In this document: piece by piece, positions 1 through 11,052 of the stretch
Numbering within the stretch: position 1 is the stretch's first letter
How the letters are laid out: the number at the start of each line of letters is the position of its first letter
From: Tubulanus polymorphus
Taxonomy: Eukaryota > Animalia > Nemertea
Direction of reading: 5' to 3'
Length of the DNA: 64,000 nucleotides
Assembly: GCF_964204645.1 (NCBI RefSeq)
Contig: NC_134034.1
Coordinates: forward strand, 13,653,062-13,717,061
Program-made: the position numbers and the translations under genes
The notes under the pieces: model-generated
The model's input: the letters and a program-made list of their open reading frames with translations, nothing else
What the model was told of the DNA's origin: nothing
Database searches by the model: none

Positions 1-2544
1 ATATGGCATATCATAATTAGTTAGGCCATTGTCTCCACACATAAATCAGTTACACCTTGGAGTAATTCAGTCTAATTACTCCAAGGTTGCAGCACTAAGC
101 CCCTCCATTTGTGGACACAGAGCTTATAGCAGTGTCGTTATTGTCGCTAGTTCTTGTCCGTGACGCCAGTTCTTGTCTTGACGATTGACCTCCAGTAGGT
201 GGGGTCCATCGTCTGTCGACTGTCGGCCACAATCGCAAAGAACTTCATTTTCTGGTCGTCAATTCCAAGGTAAACGACGAAGGAAAACTCACCGTAAGAC
301 ACAAAAACTCATTTAATTCAGACGACAACAACATCTCGATGTGGGCCGTGCAGCGATGGTTAAACACCGAACCGCGCAGCGAGAAACAAAATTCTGTTTT
401 TCAATGCTACTTTTTTTACAAATTCAGTTGTTGCTCGAGACCACAATGAATGGTGCATGTTGTAGCGACAGCTGTCATTGTTAAAGGAGCCCATTAAACG
501 GAGGGAAACAAATTATAGCTGTCGTTTTGGCAGGGACATTTGACTACGATGAATGTAAAGTCCTGGGAGTTTGCTTTAGAGATCGAGTGCTGACGATTCT
601 TCCTTGTATTCGCCTCGGCCTCGCCCGATCGTGGGGAATCAATGGCCGCGATCACACGTGGTCACCGATCAGGCCCGAGTCAAATTTGGCACGTGCCTAA
701 TTAGAGAACTCGCACCACTCGGTCAGCGCGAGGTTCAGCGGTCAGTAACGCGCGGATGATTAACGGGTTTACTAACTATTGAAAATACAAAACACGGACC
801 AGACGATCACACAATAAAATACAAACTGACGGTTTGATAGAGTACCAGTCGCAGTCAAATGAAACTGATCAGATAACGGGTTTGTTTTGAATGGAGGATG
901 AATTGTGTATTTCTGGTGGCCCGCTGGCATTTTTTTGTGGCCGCACGTGTTCAAGGTGCAGCGTTTTTGTAAAAAGTGAATGGTGGCGCTTTGATGGAGA
1001 TCGTGGTTACGGTGAGCAGATCTTATCAACACTGGCTGAACCTTTAACCCCCCTTAGATATGATAAGCTAATCAATTGAATTTGTATAACATGGTTGGAT
1101 TGGCTATAAAGCCAAAACGCACATGTTTTCCTCGTGTGCGGGAGAGGCGAAACAAAAAACACCGAACTGAAAAACGTTATTCACGAGCAAAAATCGTTTG
1201 CTGAAAAACGTGTTTTCTGTTTCGGCGAAACAAATGTTTTTCGTGTGCGTCGGGGTTAAAACTGAAATACGTATGGGACGGATTAGATGGACATTAAAAG
1301 ACCAGTTCTAGCCGAGCTATATATCTATATATATATATAATTTTTTGACGTTTTTCACGTTAGTGCGACGTTTCTCGTTGTTTTTTTTTCTTAAGTAAGA
1401 TACCGATGTTTTGAAATCTATACTATATAAGTTGTTCGTCCCGGTACTGTAAAATTAACCACCTGCACACACCCGCCCAATAAGCGCGTCACACAATATT
1501 TGCAATAATAGAAATTGTCTGTAATATTGGGTTAAGTATGTCTCGGGTAGAGAGAGAGAGAGAGTCTTACTATGACTGTATGGTGTAGGCCTACGTGTTA
1601 TGTTTTCGCTTAGACGTGTTTCTTGAAGTACGAGTTACGCAAAACGCTTTAATCTGTAGTAATGGTGTGAGCATATTTTGTATAAAGCTTTATTGATTTT
1701 GGACGGACGACTGACAGTTGAATAAACGAAAGTTCTTCATCGAGAGGCGCTTGGATATCTTCGTCGATTTGTGTTCGATGCTATGGATCTAAGTTCGATA
1801 TGTTAAGCTTGTAGGATAGAAAGACCGATGTTTTATATCGAAAAATGGATTTAGATAATTTCATCTTGATCGCGGCGATAGTTCGAAAGGTTTGTTTCGA
1901 GTGTTGATATTAGTTTTCATGAAATTAAATACTGAACTTTTATCTTGTGTGGAAAGAATTGGATGACATTTTCGTATGATCTGTGAGGGGAAATAACGCG
2001 GTATGTACGGGTAAGGTTAGACACGTCGCAGATTCAGGACCCAGCTCCACCGCGGCCTTGAAGCATCAATATCGCGGTATTGCGTAAGAAATTGACGTTC
2101 ATATGCGCATTATTTCGATTTCATTCTATATAATGTATTACAACAGGCGTCCGCGCTTCCGTAATGAGGACTTCGTGCCACCAGCTATCCCGCTAGATGG
2201 CGTGCGTAACAGTGCGACAGCCCCGTCAAAATCTAGCGAATTTTCAATGAACTTTCATCTAGATTTTTAGCCACCCTCATCAGAAATTATAGGCAAATCA
2301 CTGCTCTTGATAAACTCGGATGATCTTAAGGTTCATATCTAAGGTTGTCTTTACTGATCACCATTCAAAGAATTTGAGAAATTACTGATAGACTTCAATT
2401 GAATATGAGAAGAAATCCGGCAGTTGTTGTCTGAGTGTACACTAGCGAACCTGGTGAATCCTCACTTGCCACAAGTGGAATCCTCGATCGCGGATCCTCA
2501 TTTGGATGATATCGTGATAAGCGCTGCAGTGGCTCCGTGGTAAG

Positions 2545-3354
2545 ATGCATGAAAATCGGTCTGCGTACTTCCTCCGACCGGTATCGGAACCGATACCGCA
2601 ACATCATCAACAGCATGATTCAAACTATCGACCGGTTTTATATCATCAAGGGTCGTATCGTTTAGCGCTAGGACGTGACGAATATAACGATTCATCGACG
2701 CCTGATCCGTCTCGGTCGCGAGCAGACCCGCCGCCGCCCAGAAATCAACACCAGCTCACCGTACCATATCGTACTCAAACCTACCCCAGTCGACTAGGTC
2801 CCGAACTTTATGGCGGTCACCAAACGCCCGTTATTAATCAACCAGCGCCAAGCGACGTTTCGATGGAGCAGGGGGCGCCACCGTCCGGTCTGCGAATAAA
2901 TCGCCTGTTATGTTGCGGTTTGACGCTTTTCGTGTCGGGAATTTTACTGGCGATGTTATGCAGCATCGTCGTAGCTGGCGGTCACGTGGCAGTCGTTATG
3001 GGCTTCTTGTTCGCGGCAGTTTTCATGGCGACCGGAATTTGGGCTGGAATATTCGTACGAATCGAGTGCCGCTGTATGAAGGGGAGATGTTTACCGGTGG
3101 GGCTGATAACGATGTCGACTCTATCGGCAGTGACGGCCGGTATAATGGCGCTGGTTAACTTCGCGGTGACCATACCGCAGATGAACGTGGTGGCGGCCTC
3201 GGATTGTTCGTACGCCTGGGAACATTACATATCGACTTTAATCGTTCTCGTAATGTCGAGTTTAATCTATTTATTAGTGATGGTCGTTTCGATTGTAACA
3301 ACGGTTTTCGTGTGTTTGTCCCACTGCCGCACTTTGAAACAACCTCCTAGTTAG
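2545..3354 (+). CDS. MS4A/CD20-like four-transmembrane protein (269 aa, intronless CDS)
   Basis: Uninterrupted ORF. A ~120 aa Pro/Gln-rich N-tail is followed by four hydrophobic helices (LLCCGLTLFVSGILLAMLCSIVVAG; VMGFLFAAVFMATGIWAGIFV; LPVGLITMSTLSAVTAGIMALVNFAV; ISTLIVLVMSSLIYLLVMVVSIVTTVFVC). GIWAG in TM2 resembles the MS4A W-G-G motif. Family assignment is by motif recognition only. Confidence 0.65.
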   Translation: MHENRSAYFLRPVSEPIPQHHQQHDSNYRPVLYHQGSYRLALGRDEYNDSSTPDPSRSRADPPPPRNQHQLTVPYRTQTYPSRLGPELYGGHQTPVINQPAPSDVSMEQGAPPSGLRINRLLCCGLTLFVSGILLAMLCSIVVAGGHVAVVMGFLFAAVFMATGIWAGIFVRIECRCMKGRCLPVGLITMSTLSAVTAGIMALVNFAVTIPQMNVVAASDCSYAWEHYISTLIVLVMSSLIYLLVMVVSIVTTVFVCLSHCRTLKQPPS

Positions 3355-3596
3355 TCAAAATAGTCAAAATAATCATCTATGTTTTAAAGCGATTTTCTGT
3401 ACATTGAGGCGTATGCTTTTAGTAAAAGTACAATCATACATTCATGAAATCTGTCTTCGTTTAAACTGTAAATGATTCTGAATAATTTTTTAACGGAAAA
3501 TTGTCTTGTATTGATGGTGGTTGGTTGCTGTTCTCGTTCAATTTCTTAAATGTCTTGCTCAGCTTTTTTGGCTCTGATACCGAGTAGTACTCCAAA

Positions 3597-4482
3597 CTTA
3601 GTAGTATTTGACAACTGGATACTGGATCCTGTATTTCCTTCAAACCGAGGACTCGGTATTTGACAGCTGGATACTGGATACTGGATTTCCTTCAAACCGA
3701 GGACTCGGTATTTGACAACTGGATACTGGTTCCTGTATTCCCTTCAAACCGAGGACTCGGTATTTGACAGCTGGATACTGGATCCTGTATTCCCTTCAAA
3801 CCGAGGACTCGGTATTTGACAACTGGATACTGGTTCCTGTATTTCCTCCGAACTTAGTAGTATTTGACAACTGGATACTGGATACTGGTTCCTGTATTTC
3901 CTCCAAACCGAGGACTCTGTATTTGACAGCTGGATACTGGTTCCTGTATTCCTTTCAAACTGAGGACTCGGTATTTGACAGCTGGATACTGGATACTGGT
4001 TCCTGTATTCCTTTCAAACTGAGGACTCGGTATTTGACAGCTGGATACTGGATACTGGTTCCTGTATTTCCTTCAAACCGAGGACTCGGTATTTGACAGC
4101 TGGATACTGGATCCTGTATTCCCTTCAAACCGAGGACTCGGTATTTGACAACTGGATACTGGTTCCTGTATTCCCTTCAAACCGAGGACTCTGTATTTGA
4201 CAGCTGGATACTGGTTCCTGTATTTCCTCCGAACTTAGTAGTATTTGACAACTGGATACTGGATACTGGTTCCTGTATTTCCTCCAAACCGAGGACTCTG
4301 TATTTGACAGCTGGATACTGGTTCCTGTATTCCTTTCAAACTGAGGACTCGGTATTTGACAGCTGGATACTGGATACTGGTTCCTGTATTCCTTTCAAAC
4401 TGAGGACTCGGTATTTGACAGCTGGATACTGGATACTGGTTCCTGTATTCCTTTCAAACTGAGGACTCGGTATTTGACAACT
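3597..4482. repeat. 44/51-bp minisatellite array
   Basis: Unit GTATTTGACAGCTGGATACT(GGATACT)GGTTCCTGTATTCCTTTCAAACTGAGGACTCG. A block of variants recurs about 381 bp later (ORFs 3764 and 4145 give near-identical translations). Confidence 0.95.
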
Positions 4483-4738
4483 CGATTTCGACGAGAAACG
4501 AAAATATTATATCATAAAATCATTTATTGACGCATTTTTTGGGGGGACATATCTATTTTTTAAAAATAACATATCTTAATTTATCTCCTTTTTACAACAA
4601 TTAATATAATTTTATAAATTCAGCATCAAATAGTTTGTAAAAAGAGGTAAGAACTTCGTGAAGAGATTCCAATAAATATATCTTACACTTTAACATATAT
4701 CAGTGATTTGAACAGTGATTTGAATATAGAACCCACGA

Positions 4739-6002
4739 TTATTTCTGTTTGTATATTTCAAATAGATTCTCAACTCGTGCGGTCAAATTTTTTTTCGTGA
4801 AATCTTGCACCTGGGTGAATTCCGCTGCGCCGCCGAGAGCGGTTTTCATCTCGGTCGCAACTTCGTCTCCAATTTTGGCATTTTTCACGAACTCGTCCAC
4901 GTTTCCGGCGCTGGCGTCGAACGCCGTTTTGTAATGCGGTTCGATTTTTTCGCTGCAAATTAGAGAAAGCAGAAATAAATTGTTTTGGAATTTTTCGTTG
5001 TAAATTTGTAAATTAATCGCGGTCGAAATTGACTCTGAATCTCGGGGGTTTAATTTGAATATGGATGAACCAGTTCCACAATTGCGTGAGTTGAATTCGA
5101 CTCTGAACCCAGTTCCACAGTTGTGTGGGTTTAATTTGACCATGGATCCAGTTCCACTGTTGTGTCAGGTTTAATTTGACTCTGGATCCAGTTCCACAGT
5201 TGTGTGGGTTTAATTCTAATCTGCATCTACTTCGAAAGTTGTATGATGTGGGTTTAATTCAGCTCTGAACTTAGTTCTGTAGGTTTAATTTGACTTGTAT
5301 ATCTACTAAGGAGAAGACCAGGAAGACGACTTACTAAAGGAAAGCGAACACGTATTCAACTAGTGAAATAGAACCGTCGCCATCAGTATCCTCACGATTC
5401 AAACGACCCTAACAGAAAAAAGAAAGCAAAAAGCAAATTTAAAGAAAAACTGATTGTCATTTAACTGTTCCACAGTTATTCGGGTATAACTGTATATCCT
5501 AATAGAACGATAACCACACTCAAACGTGGTGAACGGATGATAAGATAAAATCCCACTATCTACAGATTAAAAGAATTTAAAAACAAGAATTTATTTATTT
5601 CAATCAAAAATACACGACGTTTCGATCTCACCCTAGAGATCACCGTCAGGTGTCAGGTCCGGACGATGATCTCTAGGGTGAGATCGAAACGTCGTGTATT
5701 CTATATATTTTAGATTGAATAAATAAATTCTTGTTTTTAAATTCTTTTATCTGTAGATAGTAGGTATTTATCTGTATATCCTAGTATTTGACTCTGAATG
5801 CGTGAGAATTAATATGTATACTTACAGCCAGATCATCTTCCATCATATTTTTTGACAGTTCATCTTTATCCAGTTTATAATCTCTATAATCTCCAACTCC
5901 CTTGTCTAGTTTCTCGAATATTCGAACCGTTCTCTTCATTTTACTTTCTAGATTATTCTCCAAGCCGTACATCGTCACCAAACAGTTAAATGTGTCGGCC
6001 AT
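4739..6002 (-). CDS. small EF-hand calcium-binding protein (154 aa, 3 coding exons)
   Basis: Exons 6002-5826, 5408-5335, 4952-4739 join in frame across GT-AG introns: MADTFNCLVTMYG...IFEKLDKGVGDYRDYKLDKDEL...DDLA|GRLNREDTDGDGSISLVEYVFAFLY|EKIEPHY...YKQK*. Canonical EF loop DTDGDGSISLVE. Probable 5'UTR exon from about 6515 to 6460; AATAAA at 4528-4523. Confidence 0.8.
5030..5300. repeat. ~36-bp GATCCAGTTCCACAGTTGTGTGGGTTTAATTTGACT repeat array
   Basis: Degenerate tandem copies. The same unit forms arrays near 12310-12480, 25240-25350, 49060-49340, 51085-51230 and (inverted) 54620-54750. Confidence 0.85.
5490..5783. mobile_element. Penelope-like remnant: inverted repeat with two hammerhead-ribozyme cores
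   Basis: 12-bp direct repeat CTGTATATCCTA at 5490-5501 and 5772-5783. Inverted arms of about 95 bp (5556-5647 / 5662-5761). Each arm carries a core of the form C(T/G)GACG(G/A)-T-GATCTC-TAGGGT-GAGATC-GAAAC-GTC. Confidence 0.75.
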
Positions 6003-6089
6003 TTTGTCTAAAATGTAAAAAGGCAAATACGTCTTGTCAAGAGATCTGCGATGTCTATGAATCTTTGCTAACGTTATAGAAAATCTGGG

Positions 6090-6295
6090 GGGGGGGGGCA
6101 GTTGCTCAAAAGTTGGTTAAAGATAATCCGTGGATAAATACTATCGTAACAATGAAGTTTTAATTGTCACTGTGTCCGCTATCCACTGGTTAACTGTTAC
6201 CAACTTTCGTGAATATCAGGGGCGTGTTGCAGTTTCTCAAAAGTTGGTAACAGTTAGTTAGTGGATAATGGACATAGTGACAATTAAAAGTTATA
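6090..6295. mobile_element. MITE-like element(s), CAGTTGCTCAAAAGTTGG family
   Basis: AAAGTTGGT...ACCAACTTT inverted termini, followed by a second partial copy. Confidence 0.4.
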
Positions 6296-6541
6296 AAACG
6301 AAAATAGGAAATCAAGGAATTTATAGACACGACATTAATTCATACACAGAACCTGCGTTTCTGTATAAACATCTTAATTTTCATTAAAAATAAGTTATGT
6401 TCGAATTAATTGATCATACAAATTCAAATATATTAATAGGGCCTAAACGTGTAACATACCTCGATAAGTATCCGTGTGAGCCTTTACTTCGTAACGTCGC
6501 GGACTATGGCAGAGAGTGTTTAGAAATAGATTGAGTTCGCC

Positions 6542-6549
6542 TTATATAC
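6542..6549 (-). promoter_or_regulatory. TATA box of the EF-hand gene
   Basis: TATATAA on the minus strand, upstream of a short non-coding exon that ends in the donor GAG|GTATGT at 6460/6459. Confidence 0.45.
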
Positions 6550-7103
6550 ACAAGCCTGTCGACAATAATCCTGGCCTGTTCACGTCCGGGCAACCTACAT
6601 GTATTGGAACTGAAATTCGGCACAAACATGTTTCAACCGTTTTAATTATTACTAATTGCCCTTGAAAAGCCGAAACATAATGTCGCCATCCAGCCCTTAT
6701 TAGAAGGCGACCAGCGGAAATAAACCGCGAACTTGCCGGTTCAGGCTGGTTGGAAGATTATCTAAACGAACCAGAACCGATAGATTTCAATTTATTTTAT
6801 TCAATTAAAGGAAATCGCTTAATAAAATCGTTCGATTGAAAACTTCGATCTCCGATTCGAAAATCAAACCCATCGTTTATCTTTTATCTAATGTGGAAAG
6901 ATTGAACTCTGAGGTGAGATATCGCGGGCGCGGTGTGTTGCGCGGGTATAGGGAACGATACGAAGATATTCTGGAAGAGTTTAAGCACAAGCCTCAATAG
7001 CCCTCTATCTCTTTCAGCTTTTGAAAATAGTCTTCATCATTTCCTTAGTTCTAACTATTGATTGTTATCATTTGCGTGCTATTGCTCGTTTTTCTATTTT
7101 GTG

Positions 7104-7278
<175 letters not shown>

Positions 7279-9464
7279 TAATGTTTGGTAACATGTGCAT
7301 ATGAGAGTGAATGCGGGTGCGCATGCGGGAGTGAATGGACGAGGGATTAGGACTAGTTTAAGCCAACTTTTCCTAATTCCTCGCCTTAACCTATTGCTAC
7401 AATGGTTGTTATTATATTTTCATACTATTCCGTATCATAATTACATATCTTTGTATCAATCTATTATGCAAATTTTAAATATACTTCTATACAGATGAAA
7501 TTTCAATGAAAGTTCGTTTAGATATATGTAATTTAGTAACTAAAACTATCAGATTTCTCATAAAGAGTGAGACTTAAAATGATTATTGCAGTATCTATAT
7601 ACGGGGTGCAGCAGTGTAGTAACTAAAACTAACTTTGCGCCTAATTATTCATGAGTTTGATTATTCTTACATAAATTAGCAGCATTTTTGGTTACTCTGT
7701 CTCTACTCTGTCTCTACTCTGTCTCTACTATGTACGACTCTAACTCTTAGGCCATTTAGAGCGAAGAGCATTCGAGATTAATCGTCACGTTCGTCACGTT
7801 TGCTCGACTGCTCTGTTGAACCATGGACTCTAAAACGAAAGAGTCCATGGTTGAACTGAATCATCATTCATGTACATGTAGACCGGAAATGAATTGGAGT
7901 TACGCATGCGCATCTATTAATCTATTAATATTCTGACACTCAATACACTATTTGCCTTACACTTTCTAAACTTCCTTCCGCGAAGCGACGCAAGGCTGGC
8001 TTCATGTCGACGCCTAGACCAACGCAACCGGCCGGATAATCCCCGATCAGCGCCACATAACCTCAGCGTTTTCAAACTTCCAAGCATTTTCAAACTTCAA
8101 AAGAAAAGATGCCATTGACCGCAATTCAAGAATGGCCAGTGACCTACCTGCAATACCTTTTGAAATCATTCACCGAAGCTTTTATTATTGGTGATGCAAC
8201 CAATCACCGGCTACGAATTTTAAGGGGTCAGTTAAAAACTAGTGGGCGCTCCTACAAGTTGTCATTACACTTGGAAATTCTACACGGCAAAGAAGTCTCT
8301 GTCGCTGGATATTGCTCAGATAGGACACGTTTTAGAAAAAGAGAATTTTCATTAGATTGTAACAAACGCAGCTGAGCTGATAAACTATTTGTTATAAATA
8401 CAACTGGATTTTGGCAACAGGACACGGAATTTAAAAATGACTTTAGGATTGACTCTTAAATAAAAGGATTACATTTTCAAATTGCTGCTTCATCCGCGTA
8501 ACAAGGTTGCTGTAAGGTAGGTGGAACATTTATTTAACATTAGCGGTCGAAATTATGTTTTATAGATTTAGGAAAAAATAGTTGCACTTTAGGTTAGGGT
8601 TAGGTTAGGTTTAATTAGCAGGTACCGGTACCCAGTGTTACAGCTTCATGGAAGATACAACAGACTCGCCTACTGATGAAAAAAAAGAGCGGTCCGAATT
8701 GAATAAGGTAGGACATATTTAAGCGTGGACTTGTCAACTAGAGTTGATACGTCCATGATTTCAGTGAGAAGAAAAAGACCCCCCGAGCCACAGAAGATCG
8801 AACCCGAAGTTGAATGATGATGACAGAGTGGCTTGAAAAAATTCAGGTGCGACTTGTATGACATGTCTAATAGTTCTTGTAGATAAATAGAATTGATAGA
8901 ATTTATTTTAGTTCTAACTAGTTATTTGACCCCCCAATTAAAACATAATTTCAACCGTTAATTCTTAGGTATCTTGAATATATTTCACAATTATCCAACG
9001 CCCCCCGCCCTCACCCCTCCCCTTTAAACGTAGGTTCCACGATTTTGTGGGTTAAGCGTGACTTTGGTAGGATGAGGAATTATACGATTTGGACTTGACA
9101 ACTTTTTTCTACATAATAGAAACTACATAAACGTTAACACATGTAGAGCTAGAGGGGTTGGACTATTAACCCCTCAAAACACATACAGATAACAGTGATA
9201 CAAATATAAAACAATAGACAAATTTACACTTATACAATATTACACATTAAAATGACAGAATTAAATTTTTCACGCGCCATTTTATTTTGAAGTCTCATCT
9301 CGCACCATTTTATTTTGAAGTCTCATCTCGCGCCATTTTATTTGGAGGTTATCTCGCGCAGTTTTATTTTGAAGTAATTTCGCGCCATTTTATTTGTCTT
9401 TTTGCGCCTCCCAGATACATCATTTATTTTGTTGTTCTGTAATTAATCATAAATCAACTCACTC

Positions 9465-9660
9465 AGTTATGTATTGTAATATATGTATTGTAATATGTAT
9501 TGTATTATGTATTGTACCATGTATTGTATTATGTATTGTACCATATACTGTAATATGTATTGTACCATGTGTTGTATTATGTATTGTACCATGTATTGTA
9601 TCATGTATTGTAATATGTATTGTACCATTTATTGTAATATGTATTGTATCATGTATTTGT
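9465..9660. repeat. 12-bp TGTATTGTA(A/T/C)(T/C)A tandem repeat
   Basis: Visible degenerate tandem array; it produces the spurious ORF 9394-9717. Confidence 0.85.
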
Positions 9661-9769
9661 AATTACTCTTCTCACTCGGTTCTCTCTAATTACTGTCAGT
9701 CTGCCGATAAATACTGATTAGTAGCGAAAGCTTGTGCGTCAAATAAACCTATATTGTATACTTATACTT

Positions 9770-9915
9770 GTCTCGTTATGATTATTCCTAACCCGGTTTA
9801 TACCCCAGGCTCCTCTACGGAATAAGGGAACATCGTGTTTTAATTCCCGATTCGGACCCTCTGTCGCAGCCTTTGCAGTGGACACAGGACAACTCGGGCT
9901 GGATTCGAACCCTTG
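9770..9915 (-). mobile_element. tRNA-derived SINE fragment
   Basis: Pol III B-box GGTTCGAATCC at 9911-9901 followed by a non-tRNA body. No A-box is visible, so it is probably 5'-truncated. Confidence 0.4.
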
Positions 9916-10807
9916 AAAGCAGCAGGCCCGTTTCTCTTGGACATTGTGGAAAACTTCTAAGACTAAGATTCGATTTCAGCCTTCTTTGACGAAGAGAACT
10001 TCAGTGGGACAATACTCAGAATTCGAACTTGTGGAATGAACCTGATTTGGAATTTTCTGCGAAAGCTTCATTTTTCTAGAGGAAAATAAATCAATTTCAT
10101 ATCGGTAACTATTACAACGAGTAATAGGAAAAATTGTGCCGAAATTGAGAGTATTGAAACAAACACAGCTAACCTACACGGCTGTCTGGATTCAGTTGTT
10201 TCGGGATGAAAAATTTGCAGAAAATTCCGAAACATTTTCATTCCATCACGAGGAGACTGAAATTGACTGGTGACCCACGTACGCTGGGCGAACTTTGGTT
10301 ATCGGAGTTAGTCGCGACTATAGTCGAACTAAGTGAAACCGAATGTCAGTTAGTTGGAACCATAGTCTGGAAATAGTTCGGAAATAAAGCGCATTCGGTT
10401 ATTAGTTCCGACCACTAGTCGACTAGATACGAGAACCGAATTTGGCCCTTACTGAGGAACTAGGATTCTGACCCGGCGGACAGGACCATCAGCCAGTAAC
10501 AAGATAGTCCCGACCAGTCTGACCAGTGTGTGGTCGGCGGATGAGAGAGGATTAATGTACAAGGCAAGCAACATCGGAGCCTCGCTTGGAAGGTCTCCAC
10601 TGAAGGCGCTGCGATGCACTAATCTCGGTAAGTGGACTTTTAGTAAGTGGACTTTATTAGAATAACATGACACTAAACGCAGACCGGTATCGATTCTATA
10701 AAGCGGCGCGCGTACCGCAACAACAGACGTCCGAGTAGAGTCTACTCAACGCAGTGCTGCCGCGATCAGTTTTATATGCGCATCTATAAATAACTCGGCT
10801 AGCCGCG

Positions 10808-10852
10808 TGACGTCAATATCTAAATATAACTTCCTGGAACGATTCCTATAAA
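10808..10852 (+). promoter_or_regulatory. CRE + STAT(GAS) + TATA cluster upstream of the UBL-vWA gene
   Basis: TGACGTCA at 10808-10815, TTCCTGGAA at 10831-10839 and CTATAAA at 10846-10852, about 200 bp before the ATG at 11053. Confidence 0.5.
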
Positions 10853-11052
10853 GCGCTGAAATATCGCTGCGTCAGTCGACAGTCTAGAACTAGCGGCCGG
10901 GTTAGATTATCAATAATAATAAATATCCGCATATTTTCGGAGATTTTTTCGAACGAACACATAAAACTAGGCATTGCAGACACAGTCGGCTGATTAGAAA
11001 CGGATTTCTTTCGACAATATTCTTATTTTTTGGAAACGCGTTTAATTTGAAT

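Noticed and set aside
146-290. Minus-strand open frame (FSFVVYLGIDDQKMKFF...)
   Set aside because: It follows a donor-like GTGAGT, has no acceptor or recognisable motif, and cannot be supported as coding.
3764-4462. ORFs of 105-110 aa
   Set aside because: They are translations of the minisatellite.
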